A stretch of 64,000 nt of DNA from Trueperaceae bacterium (GTDB lineage Bacteria > Deinococcota > Deinococci > Deinococcales > Trueperaceae): contig JBBDRK010000052.1 of the NCBI GenBank assembly GCA_040905465.1, positions 1-64,000 of the forward strand. The letters are read 5' to 3'. Under the pieces are notes generated by a model that was not told the origin of the DNA, searched no databases, and worked only from the letters and a program-made list of their open reading frames with translations. Made by a program: the position numbers and the translations under genes. The first letter of the stretch is position 1; each line of letters starts with the position of its first letter. Positions 7,899 to 20,253 of the stretch are shown piece after piece.

Positions 7899-10136
7899 GT
7901 GACGATGCCCACGATCCAGAGCCCCCCGGCGCCAGCTCCGCCCGCGACCGTGTGGCGGGTGAGTCCACCCGCCCCTCCCGCTGCCGTCGAATGCCTGGTT
8001 CGAGAGCTCGGCGTGCCGCCGCTGCTGGCCGCCATGCTCTGGAATCGCGGCTTTCGCGACGATGCGGCCAGTCAGCTACGCCCGCCGCTCGTGCCGACGG
8101 CGATACCCGAGCTGGGCACGGCAGCTGCCCGGCTCGAGGACGCCATGCGGCGCAAAGAGCGGATACTGATTCATGGCGACTACGACGCCGACGGGATCTC
8201 GGGAACGGCGCTGCTGCTGCTGGGATTGCGCGCGCTGGGCGCCAACGTCGCGGCATTCATTCCCGACCGGCTCAGCGATGGCTACGGCGTGCACTCCGAG
8301 CGGATCGACGAGCACGTCGCTCGCTGCGACCTGTTCCTGACGGTCGACTGCGGGATCAGCAACATCGCCGAGGTCGCCAGGCTGCGGGCGGCCGGCGTGG
8401 ACGTTATCGTCACCGACCACCACCATCCCGGCCAGGATCTGCCGGACTGTCTGGTCATGCATCCGAGCCTGTCGCCGAACGCCGGCGCCGGGCAAGCTGA
8501 GCTCACGGGGGCCGGCGTGGCCTATCACCTGCTGTGGGCACTGCATGAGCGCCTGGGTTTGGAAGCTCCCCTGGAGTACAGCGACATAGCAACCATCGGG
8601 ACCATCGCCGACGTGGCGCCACTTCTCGGTGAGAACCGGGCGCTGGTGCAGGCGGGACTCCAGCGCCTGGCGGACAGCCGCTGGCCGGGCCTGCGGGCCA
8701 GCGTCGCCCAGGCAAGCCTCCGACACGGGGTCACCGCCCGTGACGTAGCCTTCGTCCTGGCACCCAGGCTCAATGCCGCCGGTCGCCTGGGAGAGGCCGA
8801 CATGGGTCTCGAGCTGCTCACCACCGCTTCCGAGCGGCGAGCCCGCGAGCTGGCGGCCTACCTCGACGCACGCAATCAGGACCGCCGCAAGATCCAGGAC
8901 GACATGTTCGCCGAGGCGCTGCTCGAGGTCGATCATGACGCACCCGCCCTGGTCCTGGCCAGTGACGACTGGCACCCAGGGGTAATGGGCATCGTCGCCT
9001 CCAAACTGCTCGAACTGGTCTACAAGCCGGTGTTCATAATCGCCAAGGGCAAGGGCAGCGTGCGCTCCACCCTCGGCATCTCGGCCGTGGCCGCCTTGGA
9101 CTCCGCGTCGGAACACCTCCAGAGGTACGGCGGGCACGCCCAGGCCGCCGGCTTCGCCATCGCCAACGAGCAGATCGAACTCTTCCGCGAGGGGATCTGC
9201 CGCTTCGTGGCGGCGCACCCCGTCCCGGAGCCGCGGTTGGCGGCCGATGCGGCCGTCACCGCAGGCGAGGTCGATGCCGAGCTGTACCGCGCGATGAGCG
9301 ACCTCGAGCCGTTCGGCGAGGGCAACCCCGCTCCCGTCCTGGCACTGAGCGACCGCCTCGAGGTCGCACGGGCGGTCGGAAAGGGCGGCGGCACCTTGCA
9401 GTTGCGAATAGCCGGGCTGCGCGGAGTCGCCTGGCAAAAGGGCGCTCTGGCCTCCAGCCTGCGCACCGGCGACTTCGTGAACGCCGCCATCAGCGTGCGT
9501 GAACGTGAGTGGAAAGGGAAACGGGAGCTGGAGTTCGTAGCCAGCGAAATCCGTCCGCTCGCACCGCTGGCCCTGAGCGAGACCTCGACCAGCCTGATCC
9601 AGGGAAACGGCGCACAGGCGAAACACGGCGGCTCACCGGTGCGGCGCGGCCGCGCCCCGGCCGGCACTCCCCTGCTGGACGCCGACGGAGCGAACGAAGC
9701 GCCCGCCATCTGGATAACGCGGCTGCCGGCCTCGCCCGACCCGCTCGCTGCCACCTCGCAGTTGCGTGACCTGCTGGCCGCCGGCACGATCCTGTACCTG
9801 GATCTCGACGAGCCGGCGCTGGCCGAGGCACGCCGGACGGCACAACTGCTCCCCACCGTCGCCGACGTGAGGCGCGGCTTCGTATGCCTTCAACGCGGCG
9901 CCAAGCTACCGTTCGAGCCGGCCAAGCAATCGCTGGTGCGGGTCATCCTCACCGAGCTCGATCTGCTCGACCCGCACGGTCGAGTGCGCCGCGGCGAAAA
10001 ACGCGATCCGCACTCGTCGGGCACCATGATGAGCGCGCTGATAGAGAGCTACCGGCTGAGCACGTTGCTGAACGCCTACCGTTCACTCGACGACAGCGGC
10101 TTCTCGGCGGCGGCCCTGACACTCTTGTCGGACTAG
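7899..10136 (+). CDS. recJ: ssDNA-specific exonuclease RecJ with C-terminal extension
   Basis: GDYDADG, TVDCG, TDHH, PRLNAAGRL, GGHAQAAG, EPFGEGNP motifs. Confidence 0.95.
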   Translation: MTMPTIQSPPAPAPPATVWRVSPPAPPAAVECLVRELGVPPLLAAMLWNRGFRDDAASQLRPPLVPTAIPELGTAAARLEDAMRRKERILIHGDYDADGISGTALLLLGLRALGANVAAFIPDRLSDGYGVHSERIDEHVARCDLFLTVDCGISNIAEVARLRAAGVDVIVTDHHHPGQDLPDCLVMHPSLSPNAGAGQAELTGAGVAYHLLWALHERLGLEAPLEYSDIATIGTIADVAPLLGENRALVQAGLQRLADSRWPGLRASVAQASLRHGVTARDVAFVLAPRLNAAGRLGEADMGLELLTTASERRARELAAYLDARNQDRRKIQDDMFAEALLEVDHDAPALVLASDDWHPGVMGIVASKLLELVYKPVFIIAKGKGSVRSTLGISAVAALDSASEHLQRYGGHAQAAGFAIANEQIELFREGICRFVAAHPVPEPRLAADAAVTAGEVDAELYRAMSDLEPFGEGNPAPVLALSDRLEVARAVGKGGGTLQLRIAGLRGVAWQKGALASSLRTGDFVNAAISVREREWKGKRELEFVASEIRPLAPLALSETSTSLIQGNGAQAKHGGSPVRRGRAPAGTPLLDADGANEAPAIWITRLPASPDPLAATSQLRDLLAAGTILYLDLDEPALAEARRTAQLLPTVADVRRGFVCLQRGAKLPFEPAKQSLVRVILTELDLLDPHGRVRRGEKRDPHSSGTMMSALIESYRLSTLLNAYRSLDDSGFSAAALTLLSD

Positions 10137-10170
10137 CGGGCGCCGGGGCGCAACCGGTGGCCCCTGCGCC

Positions 10171-10245
10171 CGGCAGCCTGCTTTCCGGCAGCCTACCCTC
10201 CGGCAGCCTGAACCCCGCCAGTCTGAACCCCGCCAGCCCAGCCCT
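10171..10245. repeat. Intergenic 15-bp tandem repeat, 5 imperfect copies
   Basis: cggcagcctgctttc / cggcagcctaccctc / cggcagcctgaaccc / cgccagtctgaaccc / cgccagcccagccct. Confidence 0.85.
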
Positions 10246-10323
10246 CGGCGCGGCCAAGAGCGGCCGCCGGATCCGGCCGGCTCACCTCCGAACCCCGGCA
10301 GGACGCATGCAATACTGTGCGCC

Positions 10324-13305
10324 ATGACCGTGAGCCAGTCTCCGCGCCCTCCTACACAAGCGCCGCTCCCCGACCTCGAGTTGGCGCAGCGTCTGTCACA
10401 GGAACTCGAGCCGCTGGTAGCGGGCGAGGTTCGCTTCGACGCCAAGGCGCGCTCGCTCTACGCAACCGACGCCAGCCCCTACGAGATCTGGCCGCTGGGA
10501 GTGGTCTTGCCCCGCTCGGTCGCCGATATCCGGCATACGCTCGAAGTAGCCCACCGCAACTCGGTGCCGGTGCTGCCGCGAGGAGGCGGCACCTCGCTCG
10601 CCGGCCAGACGGTGGCTCGCGCGATCGTCGTCGACGTCTCGAAGTTCCTGACCGAGATCGTGGAGTTCGATGCCGAGAGCCGAACCGTCCGAGTACAGCC
10701 CGGCGTGGTGCGCGACCAGCTCAACGAGTTCCTGGCGCCACACGGGCTCCAGTTCACGCCGGACATCTCGACCACCAACAGGGCGAATATCGGCGGCATG
10801 GTCGCCAACAACTCGGCCGGCACCCGTTCGATCAAGTATGGCAAGACCGTCGACCAGGTGCTGGCCCTCACGGTCATGCTCACCGACGGCACGATCCTCG
10901 AGCTGAGCGAGTTGAGCGACGAGGAGCTGCAGTCCAAGATCGCCCAGCCCGGGCGCGAAGGAGAGATCTACCGCACGGTGAGCCGGGTGGTAACTGAACA
11001 CGCCGATGAGATCGAAGCGCGCTTCCCGAAGGTGATGCGGCGCGTGGGCGGCTACAACCTGGACGAACTGACCGCCGGTCGGCCCTTCAATCTGGCCAAA
11101 CTGGTGAGCGGCTCCGAGGGAACGCTGGCGTTCATCCTGGAAGCTACGCTCAAGCTCCACCCGGTACCGACGCGGCGAATGCTGGCGCTGCTGCACTTCG
11201 AGACGCTCGAGGCCGCCCTGACTGCCGTTCAGCACATTAACCGGCACGGGCCGTCGGCCGTGGAGATTCTCGACGACGTGATGTTCGAGCTGGGCCTCAG
11301 CAACCCGGCGATTGCTCCGCTGATGCACTGGCTGGAGGGCCGGCCGGCCGCCGTCCTGATGGTGGAGTTCGACGGCGAGAGCGAGGAAGAGATGCTGGCC
11401 GGCTACCGCTCGCTGCAAGCAGACGCCGAGGTAGCCCGGCTTTCGTATCACAGCTACACAGCGATGTCGGAGATCGAGCAGAAGGACGTGCTCGATCTGC
11501 GCCGTGCCGGCCTCGGCATCTACGCGACGGTGAAGGGCCGGCGGAAGCCGATCCCGTTCATCGAGGACGCCGCCATCCCGCCGGAAAACCTGCCCCAGTA
11601 CCTCCCGGAAGTTCTGGCGATCTGCCGCAAGCACGGCCTGCGCTTCGGCATCTACGGGCACGCATCGGTCGGCGTGATCCACGTCCGGCCGATGATAGAC
11701 CTGAAGACGGCCGAGGGGGTAGACCAGTACCGGCAGATCTCCGCCGAGGTGTTCGAACTGGTGAAGCGCTACGGCGGCTCCTGGAGCGGAGAGCACGGCG
11801 ACGGCCTTATCCGCTCGTACCAGAACCTGAATCTCTTCGGTGATGTGCTGTACCAGGACTTCCGGGCGATCAAGCAGGCGTTCGATCCCGAAGGCATGAT
11901 GAATCCCGGCAAGATCGTCGACGCGCCGCCGATGACCGAGAATCTGCGCTACGGGGAAGGCTACCCGGCGCCCGAGCTTCGAACCGTCTTCGACTTCTCG
12001 GCGGAAGGTGGCTTCCTCGAGGCAGCCGAGGCGTGCACCGGCGTCGGTGCTTGCCGCAAGGTCGGCAGCGGCACCATGTGCCCGTCTTACATGGCTACCC
12101 GCGACGAGGACCACTCCACTCGCGGTAGAGCCAACATCCTGCGCGAGGCGATGACCGGGAGGCTGCCGGGTGGGTTGGCCTCCAGGGAGGTCTACGACGT
12201 TCTCGACCTGTGCCTGGAGTGCAAGGCCTGCAAGGCCGAGTGCCCCAGCCAGGTGGACGTGGCCAAGCTCAAGTACGAGTTCCTGCAGCACTATCACGAC
12301 GAGCACGGCACACCGTTGGCCACGCGAGCAGTCGCCAACGTGGGCCGGATTGCCCCCCTGGCGCAGCTGTTCGCACCGATTGCCAACGCTCTGCTGCCGC
12401 TCAAGCCGGTGCGCTGGCTCTCCGAGAAGCTGGTGAAGGTAGATCGTCGCCGGGTAATGCCTCGCTATGCCCGGCTGAGCTTCGCCGGCTGGTTCGCGCG
12501 ACGCGACTCGCTACCGGAGCCGGTACCGAACGTCGCCGACACCCTGGCCGAAAGTGCGCGTCCGGAATCGTGGAGCGGATCCTATAGCGGCGACCGCGGG
12601 CCGGTCGCGCTGTTCGCCGACACCTGGACCATGTACAACGAGCCGGAGGTGGGCAAGGCGGCCGTCGAGGTGCTGGAACGGCTGGGCTATCGGGTCGAAC
12701 TGGTCCCTTACGGTTGCTGCGGCCGGCCGCAGATCTCCAAGGGCCTGTTGCGCGAGGCGAAACGCATGGCGGGCGCCAACATCGACCGGCTCAGCCGCTA
12801 CGTAGTCAAGGGCGTGCCGATAATCGGGCTCGAGCCCTCATGCGTTACGGCGTTCAAGGACGACTACCGCGACCTGTTGCCCGGTGAAGCCACCGACGCG
12901 GTGGCCGACGCGGTATGGATGATCGACCAGTTCCTTGCCAAGGAATGGACGCAGGGCCGGCTGAATCCCGCCGAGTCGTTCCGCAAGGACGGGTCGAAGA
13001 TGATGCTGCACGGCCACTGTCAGCAGCGGGCCGTGCTGGGCACGGGCTCGACCCGTTCCGTTCTCGAGTGGGTTTCCAGCGACGTGTCCGAAGTCGACTC
13101 CGGCTGTTGCGGAATGGCCGGCTCGTTCGGCTACGGTCATTACGACGTGTCGATGGCGATCGGCGAGCAGCGGCTGTTCCCGGCTGTCCGCGAACACGGC
13201 GGCGAGACGGTGGCGTGCGGCTTCTCCTGCCGGCATCAGATCAAAGACGGCACCGGCAAGCAGTCGCGCCACGTGACGGAAGTGCTGGCTCGAGCGCTCA
13301 GGTAG
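10324..13305 (+). CDS. FAD-binding, Fe-S-containing oxidoreductase (GlcD/GlcF fusion, YdiJ-like)
   Basis: PRGGGTSLAGQ, GSEGTL, SGEHGDG, CLECKAC..ECP, CCG domains. Confidence 0.9.
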   Translation: MTVSQSPRPPTQAPLPDLELAQRLSQELEPLVAGEVRFDAKARSLYATDASPYEIWPLGVVLPRSVADIRHTLEVAHRNSVPVLPRGGGTSLAGQTVARAIVVDVSKFLTEIVEFDAESRTVRVQPGVVRDQLNEFLAPHGLQFTPDISTTNRANIGGMVANNSAGTRSIKYGKTVDQVLALTVMLTDGTILELSELSDEELQSKIAQPGREGEIYRTVSRVVTEHADEIEARFPKVMRRVGGYNLDELTAGRPFNLAKLVSGSEGTLAFILEATLKLHPVPTRRMLALLHFETLEAALTAVQHINRHGPSAVEILDDVMFELGLSNPAIAPLMHWLEGRPAAVLMVEFDGESEEEMLAGYRSLQADAEVARLSYHSYTAMSEIEQKDVLDLRRAGLGIYATVKGRRKPIPFIEDAAIPPENLPQYLPEVLAICRKHGLRFGIYGHASVGVIHVRPMIDLKTAEGVDQYRQISAEVFELVKRYGGSWSGEHGDGLIRSYQNLNLFGDVLYQDFRAIKQAFDPEGMMNPGKIVDAPPMTENLRYGEGYPAPELRTVFDFSAEGGFLEAAEACTGVGACRKVGSGTMCPSYMATRDEDHSTRGRANILREAMTGRLPGGLASREVYDVLDLCLECKACKAECPSQVDVAKLKYEFLQHYHDEHGTPLATRAVANVGRIAPLAQLFAPIANALLPLKPVRWLSEKLVKVDRRRVMPRYARLSFAGWFARRDSLPEPVPNVADTLAESARPESWSGSYSGDRGPVALFADTWTMYNEPEVGKAAVEVLERLGYRVELVPYGCCGRPQISKGLLREAKRMAGANIDRLSRYVVKGVPIIGLEPSCVTAFKDDYRDLLPGEATDAVADAVWMIDQFLAKEWTQGRLNPAESFRKDGSKMMLHGHCQQRAVLGTGSTRSVLEWVSSDVSEVDSGCCGMAGSFGYGHYDVSMAIGEQRLFPAVREHGGETVACGFSCRHQIKDGTGKQSRHVTEVLARALR

Positions 13306-13348
13306 TGGGAGCCTCGAGCAGAACGAACGTCGTGCCGTTGGCGACCGG

Positions 13349-13909
13349 GTGTTCCGCCGGAGACGGCGATTGGAGTCGACACTGAGCGCCGCGGACTTCT
13401 CGCCTTCCGACCCGACGACTGGGCCGATAGTCGCCAAGCCGATCGTCGCCATGATGTGCGGCCTGCCGGGCTCCGGCAAGACGAGGTTGGCCCGCAAGCT
13501 GGAAGCGGAACTGGACGCGGTCCGATTCGACGTGGACTCGTGGATGATCGCGCTCTTCGGTAGGCACATGCCGCGCGAACAGCTCCACCACAGGCTCGGG
13601 ACGCTGAAGGACCTGATGTGGGAGAGCGGCCGTCGCGTCGTGGAGCTCGGTGGCAACCTGGTCATCGACTTCGGGTTCTGGAAGCGCGCGGAGCGCGGCG
13701 AGTTCGCGAAGCGAATCGCGGAGGCCGGCGGCGAGCCGGTCCTCTATTTCCTCGACACGCCGCTCGATCTGCTGAGAGAACGCCTGGCCGAACGGAACCG
13801 GAACCTGCCGGCCGGCACCTATGAGGTAACGCCGGAGATGCTGGCGATGTTCGCAGGCTGGTTCGAGACGCCGATCAGCGACGAAGGATTGAGGATCATA
13901 AAGCCCTGA
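13349..13909 (+). CDS. Small P-loop kinase-like protein (AAA_33 family)
   Basis: MCGLPGSGKT Walker A, VIDFGFW...ER motif; true start may be further downstream. Confidence 0.8.
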   Translation: MFRRRRRLESTLSAADFSPSDPTTGPIVAKPIVAMMCGLPGSGKTRLARKLEAELDAVRFDVDSWMIALFGRHMPREQLHHRLGTLKDLMWESGRRVVELGGNLVIDFGFWKRAERGEFAKRIAEAGGEPVLYFLDTPLDLLRERLAERNRNLPAGTYEVTPEMLAMFAGWFETPISDEGLRIIKP

Positions 13910-13935
13910 TCGTTTCCCCAGCCGGGAGCGGCACC

Positions 13936-15945
13936 CTACATCGCCTCCGGCGCCTCGATCCCCAGCAGCTCCAACGCTTCCGCCAACGTGCGGCGAACGG
14001 CGTCCACCAGCAGCAGCCGCGCCTCCCGCAGCCCCGGCTCGGAGCGCAGCACCATCGTGTCGGGCTTCCCCTGCTCGTCGCGGTGGTTGTAGTAGGAGTT
14101 CCAGGCGGTGGCCAGTTCCAGCGCGTACTGGGCCACCACATGCGGCGCGAGCTCTTGCGCCGCGCTCTCCACCACCTCCGGCAGGCGGGAGATCGCCTGC
14201 GCCAACTTCACCTCCAGCGGTCCCAGCTTCGACCACTCGGCTCGCGCGCCGGCTTCCGCCTCGTCCACCCCTGCCTCGCGGGCCGCGCGCAGGATCGAGT
14301 TCGCCCGGGCGTGCGCGTACTGCACGTACGGCGCCGAATCCCCCTGAAGCGACAGCGCCTGCTCCCAGCGAAAGTCGATCACCCGCCGGGCTTCGCTCTT
14401 TAGCATGCCGAAGCGAAGGGCACCCACTCCCACCTGGCGGGCCACTCGGTCGACCGCGGTAAGGTCCGGGTTCTTCTCCTCCACCACCGCCCGGGCCCGG
14501 GCTATCGCCTCGGCCAGCACCTCGTCGATCGACAGGGTGATCCCCTTGCGGCCGCTCATCGCCTGCCCCTCGAGGGTCACCACCTCGTAGGCGAGATGGT
14601 GGCTCTGGTCGTAACCGTGGCCGGTGTCGGAGAGCTTGAGTGCGGCCCTGACTATCGCCTGCTGGTGGGACTGGCGCGAGTCGATCACGTTGATGATCTC
14701 GTCACCGTGGGCGAAGGTCACGCCGTCCGGGTGCTCCTCGCCCTCCGGAGAGCTGGTGTAGAGCTCCTTGCCCGACGGCTGCCGATCGAAGCGGCCGAAG
14801 CGCAGGCCACCAAAAAGCCCCACCTTCCAGAACTGATAGCCCACGTCCTTGGCGACGTACACGGCGTTGCCGTCGCTGCGCACCAGCACAACCTGCGGCT
14901 CCTCAAGCCCCGGCAGGAACTCGGACACGTCCATTACCAGGGCGCCGGCATACTTGCCTTGGCTTGGCGTATAGACGTTCGGGCTGCTCTTCAGGATGTC
15001 CAGCCCTCGCGCCAGGAAGCCGCTATTGACCACGTCCGACTCCCACACCAGCAGGTCGTACTCGGCGCCCAGCGCGTAGTAGGTCTGCAACTGAGCCCGC
15101 AACACCTCGGCCACGCGACCCCGCAGCTCGCCGCGCTCGAGCCGGTGCATGATCTCCGACACGCCGCGCTCGATCGCCTCGCCGTCACGCTCCTTGGCCT
15201 CGCCCAGGCGCACGTACAGTTCGCCCAGCCAGTGGTCGTACTTCTTGGCGACGCCGACTTCGGAACCGCCGCGAGCGTCGATCTCCCCGCCGCGAGCCTC
15301 CTCACTCGAACCACCGCTCGCTCCGCCGGTGGGACCGCCCCGAGCCCCGCCGCGAGACCCGTCGCTCGGACCGCTGCCCCCGGCGTCCTGCGCCGATCCC
15401 GCCCCCGACCCATCTTCCGGACGGTACTCCGCCCGAAAGTAGTCCACCGCGAAGATGCTCTCCGCCGCCTGCCGGCCGGTGTCGTCGATGTAGTTCTGCA
15501 CCTCGACCAGGTAGCCGGCCGCCCGCAGGATACGCGCGCAGGCGTCTCCCAACACGATATTGCGCAGGTGCCCCACGTGCGCTTCCTTGTTGGGATTCAC
15601 CGAGGTGTGCTCGACTATCGCCTTGCGCCCGTTGGCGACCGTCCGGAGCTCGCCGGTGGCAACCGCCCGGATGTACGAGGGGGGATCGAGGAAGAAGTTG
15701 ATGTACGGCCCGGCCGCTTCGGCCCGGGCGACGCCCTCGGGCAGCTTCAACCGCTCCAGCAGCTCCTGGGCGATCGCCGCCGGGTTCTTGCGCAAGGTTT
15801 TTGCCAGCCCGAAAGCGAGCGGCGAACCGAAGTCGCCGGGCCGGTCGTCGGGTACGGGTTGGATCTGGATTTCGCCGGCTTCCGCTCCGAGGTCGGTCAC
15901 CGCCTCGGCGAGTGCCTGCTCGAGCTGCCGCTTAACGTCTAGCAT
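13936..15945 (-). CDS. argS: Arginine--tRNA ligase with Gly/Ser-rich insertion
   Basis: VEHTSVNPNKEAHVGHLRN (HIGH), MSGRKG (KMSKS-like), GDSAPYVQYAHAR, C-terminal GIEAPEAM. Confidence 0.96.
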   Translation of the reverse strand: MLDVKRQLEQALAEAVTDLGAEAGEIQIQPVPDDRPGDFGSPLAFGLAKTLRKNPAAIAQELLERLKLPEGVARAEAAGPYINFFLDPPSYIRAVATGELRTVANGRKAIVEHTSVNPNKEAHVGHLRNIVLGDACARILRAAGYLVEVQNYIDDTGRQAAESIFAVDYFRAEYRPEDGSGAGSAQDAGGSGPSDGSRGGARGGPTGGASGGSSEEARGGEIDARGGSEVGVAKKYDHWLGELYVRLGEAKERDGEAIERGVSEIMHRLERGELRGRVAEVLRAQLQTYYALGAEYDLLVWESDVVNSGFLARGLDILKSSPNVYTPSQGKYAGALVMDVSEFLPGLEEPQVVLVRSDGNAVYVAKDVGYQFWKVGLFGGLRFGRFDRQPSGKELYTSSPEGEEHPDGVTFAHGDEIINVIDSRQSHQQAIVRAALKLSDTGHGYDQSHHLAYEVVTLEGQAMSGRKGITLSIDEVLAEAIARARAVVEEKNPDLTAVDRVARQVGVGALRFGMLKSEARRVIDFRWEQALSLQGDSAPYVQYAHARANSILRAAREAGVDEAEAGARAEWSKLGPLEVKLAQAISRLPEVVESAAQELAPHVVAQYALELATAWNSYYNHRDEQGKPDTMVLRSEPGLREARLLLVDAVRRTLAEALELLGIEAPEAM

Positions 15946-15985
15946 CCAGGTAAGCTATCACAACGGCCAGGCGCCGCTGAGTCCG

Positions 15986-16540
15986 TCAGCCAGCCAGCCA
16001 CAAGCCCTGAGCTCGGATCGCCTCGCGACGCTCGACCTGGTACGTCAGCAAGAGGGTGCCGCTCTTCCGGTAAACGCGCTGGCCGGTCAGCACGAGCCGC
16101 CACGGTCCCGGCGCCTCAGGCAGCAGCCGCCGACCGCGTCCCAGCAGGACCGGCATGACAGCCGGCTCCACCGTATCCACGTGACCCCTCAGCAGCAGGC
16201 TGCGAAAGAGCTCGCCTCCTCCGTAAAGCCAGATGTCCTTGCCGGGTCGGGCCTTGAGTCCGCTTATCAACTCGTCCAGGCCATCGTTTACGATCGTCAC
16301 GCCCGGATGGTCCTGCTGGCGCAGGGTCGACGAGACGACGTACAGGTCCTTGCCGGCGAACTCGCTCGAGATCCGCGGCACTTCCTCGTAGGTACGCCGG
16401 CCGATCAGCAGCGTGTCGAACTGGTCGAAGAGCTCAGCGAAATCCATGTCCGGTTCGTCAGGGATCCAGTCGTATTCCCCGTCCGGGCCGGCAATGAAAC
16501 CGTCGAGACTGCTGGCCACCTGATATCTGAGGCGTCTCAT
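15986..16540 (-). CDS. Dihydrofolate reductase/RibD C-terminal family protein
   Basis: SLDGFIAGPDGEYDW, GRRTYE, KDIWLYGGGEL, PVLLGRG; RBS GGAGG. Confidence 0.9.
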   Translation of the reverse strand: MRRLRYQVASSLDGFIAGPDGEYDWIPDEPDMDFAELFDQFDTLLIGRRTYEEVPRISSEFAGKDLYVVSSTLRQQDHPGVTIVNDGLDELISGLKARPGKDIWLYGGGELFRSLLLRGHVDTVEPAVMPVLLGRGRRLLPEAPGPWRLVLTGQRVYRKSGTLLLTYQVERREAIRAQGLWLAG

Positions 16541-16752
16541 CTTTCCTCCCGCCTTCTCGCGAGCGTCACACTTTAACCCGACACCTGTGCACCACGCACG
16601 ATCCCGCCGACCGTGGGTTGTCGATAGGCTCGCTTACCGTCAACCTGACGACGGGGCTTATACTGCCGGCGGAGTGCAGCGCTCCTGAAACCACCTGAGC
16701 GGAACGGGCGCAGCGGTGTCACCCGAACCCACGCAATCGCCCGCTGTCCTGT

Positions 16753-16779
16753 AAACTTGACAGGTGCTCACTCAGATTT
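16753..16779 (+). promoter_or_regulatory. HspR (HAIR)-like operator upstream of lon
   Basis: aaaCTTGACA-ggtgctc-ACTCAGAttt versus HAIR consensus CTTGAGT-N7-ACTCAAG (5/7 per arm). Confidence 0.6.
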
Positions 16780-16840
16780 TCCGCGTGATACGATTCACCT
16801 TCAACTCACTTGTCCTGCTTGACAGCAGTGTTAGGAGCGA

Positions 16841-19297
<2,457 letters not shown>

Positions 19298-19503
19298 GCG
19301 GCGGCAACAACCGAATGCACGTTTGCCAGGGGCCGGACGATGTCCGGCCCCTGGCTTGTGCTCTACGTGCCCGGCGGCGTTATGCTGGCACGCATGATTC
19401 GAAGCGCCCTGCAGAACGCCATCACCCGCTCGAAAGGGGTGGCATTTCAGTACCGCCAACGACCCCTGAAACGACTTCTGGCAAATCGCCGGACGGTCGC
19501 CCG

Positions 19504-20253
19504 GTGAGGCGTCCGCTGATCGCCGGCAACTGGAAGATGTACAAACTGCCCAGCGAAGCAGGCGACTGGCTGACCGAGCTGCTGGCGTCGTTGCCGCGCA
19601 ACGGCCGCGCCGAGGTGTTGATCAACGTACCGGCTACCCACCTGGCGGCGATGGTCCGTGCACTGGGCGACGGCCCTGTCGCACTCGGCGGACAGGACCT
19701 GAGCGCTCACGACGAAGGCGCCTACACCGGGGAGATCTCCGGTGCGATGTTGCGAGACGCAGGTGCCAGCTTCGTTATCGTCGGACACTCCGAAAGGCGC
19801 GCCTATCATCGAGAGGGCGACGAGTTGGTGAACGTCAAGCTTCTCGCGGCACGGCGCCACGGGCTGGTGCCGATACTGTGCGTGGGCGAGACCGAAGCGC
19901 AGCGCGACGCCGGTGACGCCGAGGCCGTAGTGTTGAGGCAACTCGAACGCGGCCTCGCGGGCCTGGAGTTGAGCGAAGGCACCGGTCTGGTGGTGGCCTA
20001 TGAGCCGGTCTGGGCGATCGGCACCGGTCGCACCGCCACGGCCGAGGATGCCCAGCAGATGAGCGCTACCGTGCGGAACGCCCTCGAGGGGCTGCTGCCC
20101 CGTCACGCCGACGAAGTTCGGATCCTCTACGGCGGTTCGATGAAGCCCGCCAACGCCGGAGAACTGCTGGCGCAGCCCGACATCGATGGGGGGCTTATTG
20201 GCGGGGCCAGCCTCGACGTCACCGACCTGGTGACGATCGTGCGCGCCGCGTGA
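19504..20253 (+). CDS. tpiA: Triosephosphate isomerase
   Basis: IAGNWKM, GHSERR, AYEPVWAIGTG, YGGS, LIGGASL; start uncertain (GTG 19504 chosen). Confidence 0.96.
   Translation: MRRPLIAGNWKMYKLPSEAGDWLTELLASLPRNGRAEVLINVPATHLAAMVRALGDGPVALGGQDLSAHDEGAYTGEISGAMLRDAGASFVIVGHSERRAYHREGDELVNVKLLAARRHGLVPILCVGETEAQRDAGDAEAVVLRQLERGLAGLELSEGTGLVVAYEPVWAIGTGRTATAEDAQQMSATVRNALEGLLPRHADEVRILYGGSMKPANAGELLAQPDIDGGLIGGASLDVTDLVTIVRAA

Noticed and set aside
10171-10245. CRISPR array (also considered for 41058-41132)
   Set aside because: Contiguous 15-bp units without unique spacers; no cas genes.
15248-15420. Intein in argS
   Set aside because: Too short and low-complexity; lacks the Cys/Ser start and His-Asn end motifs.
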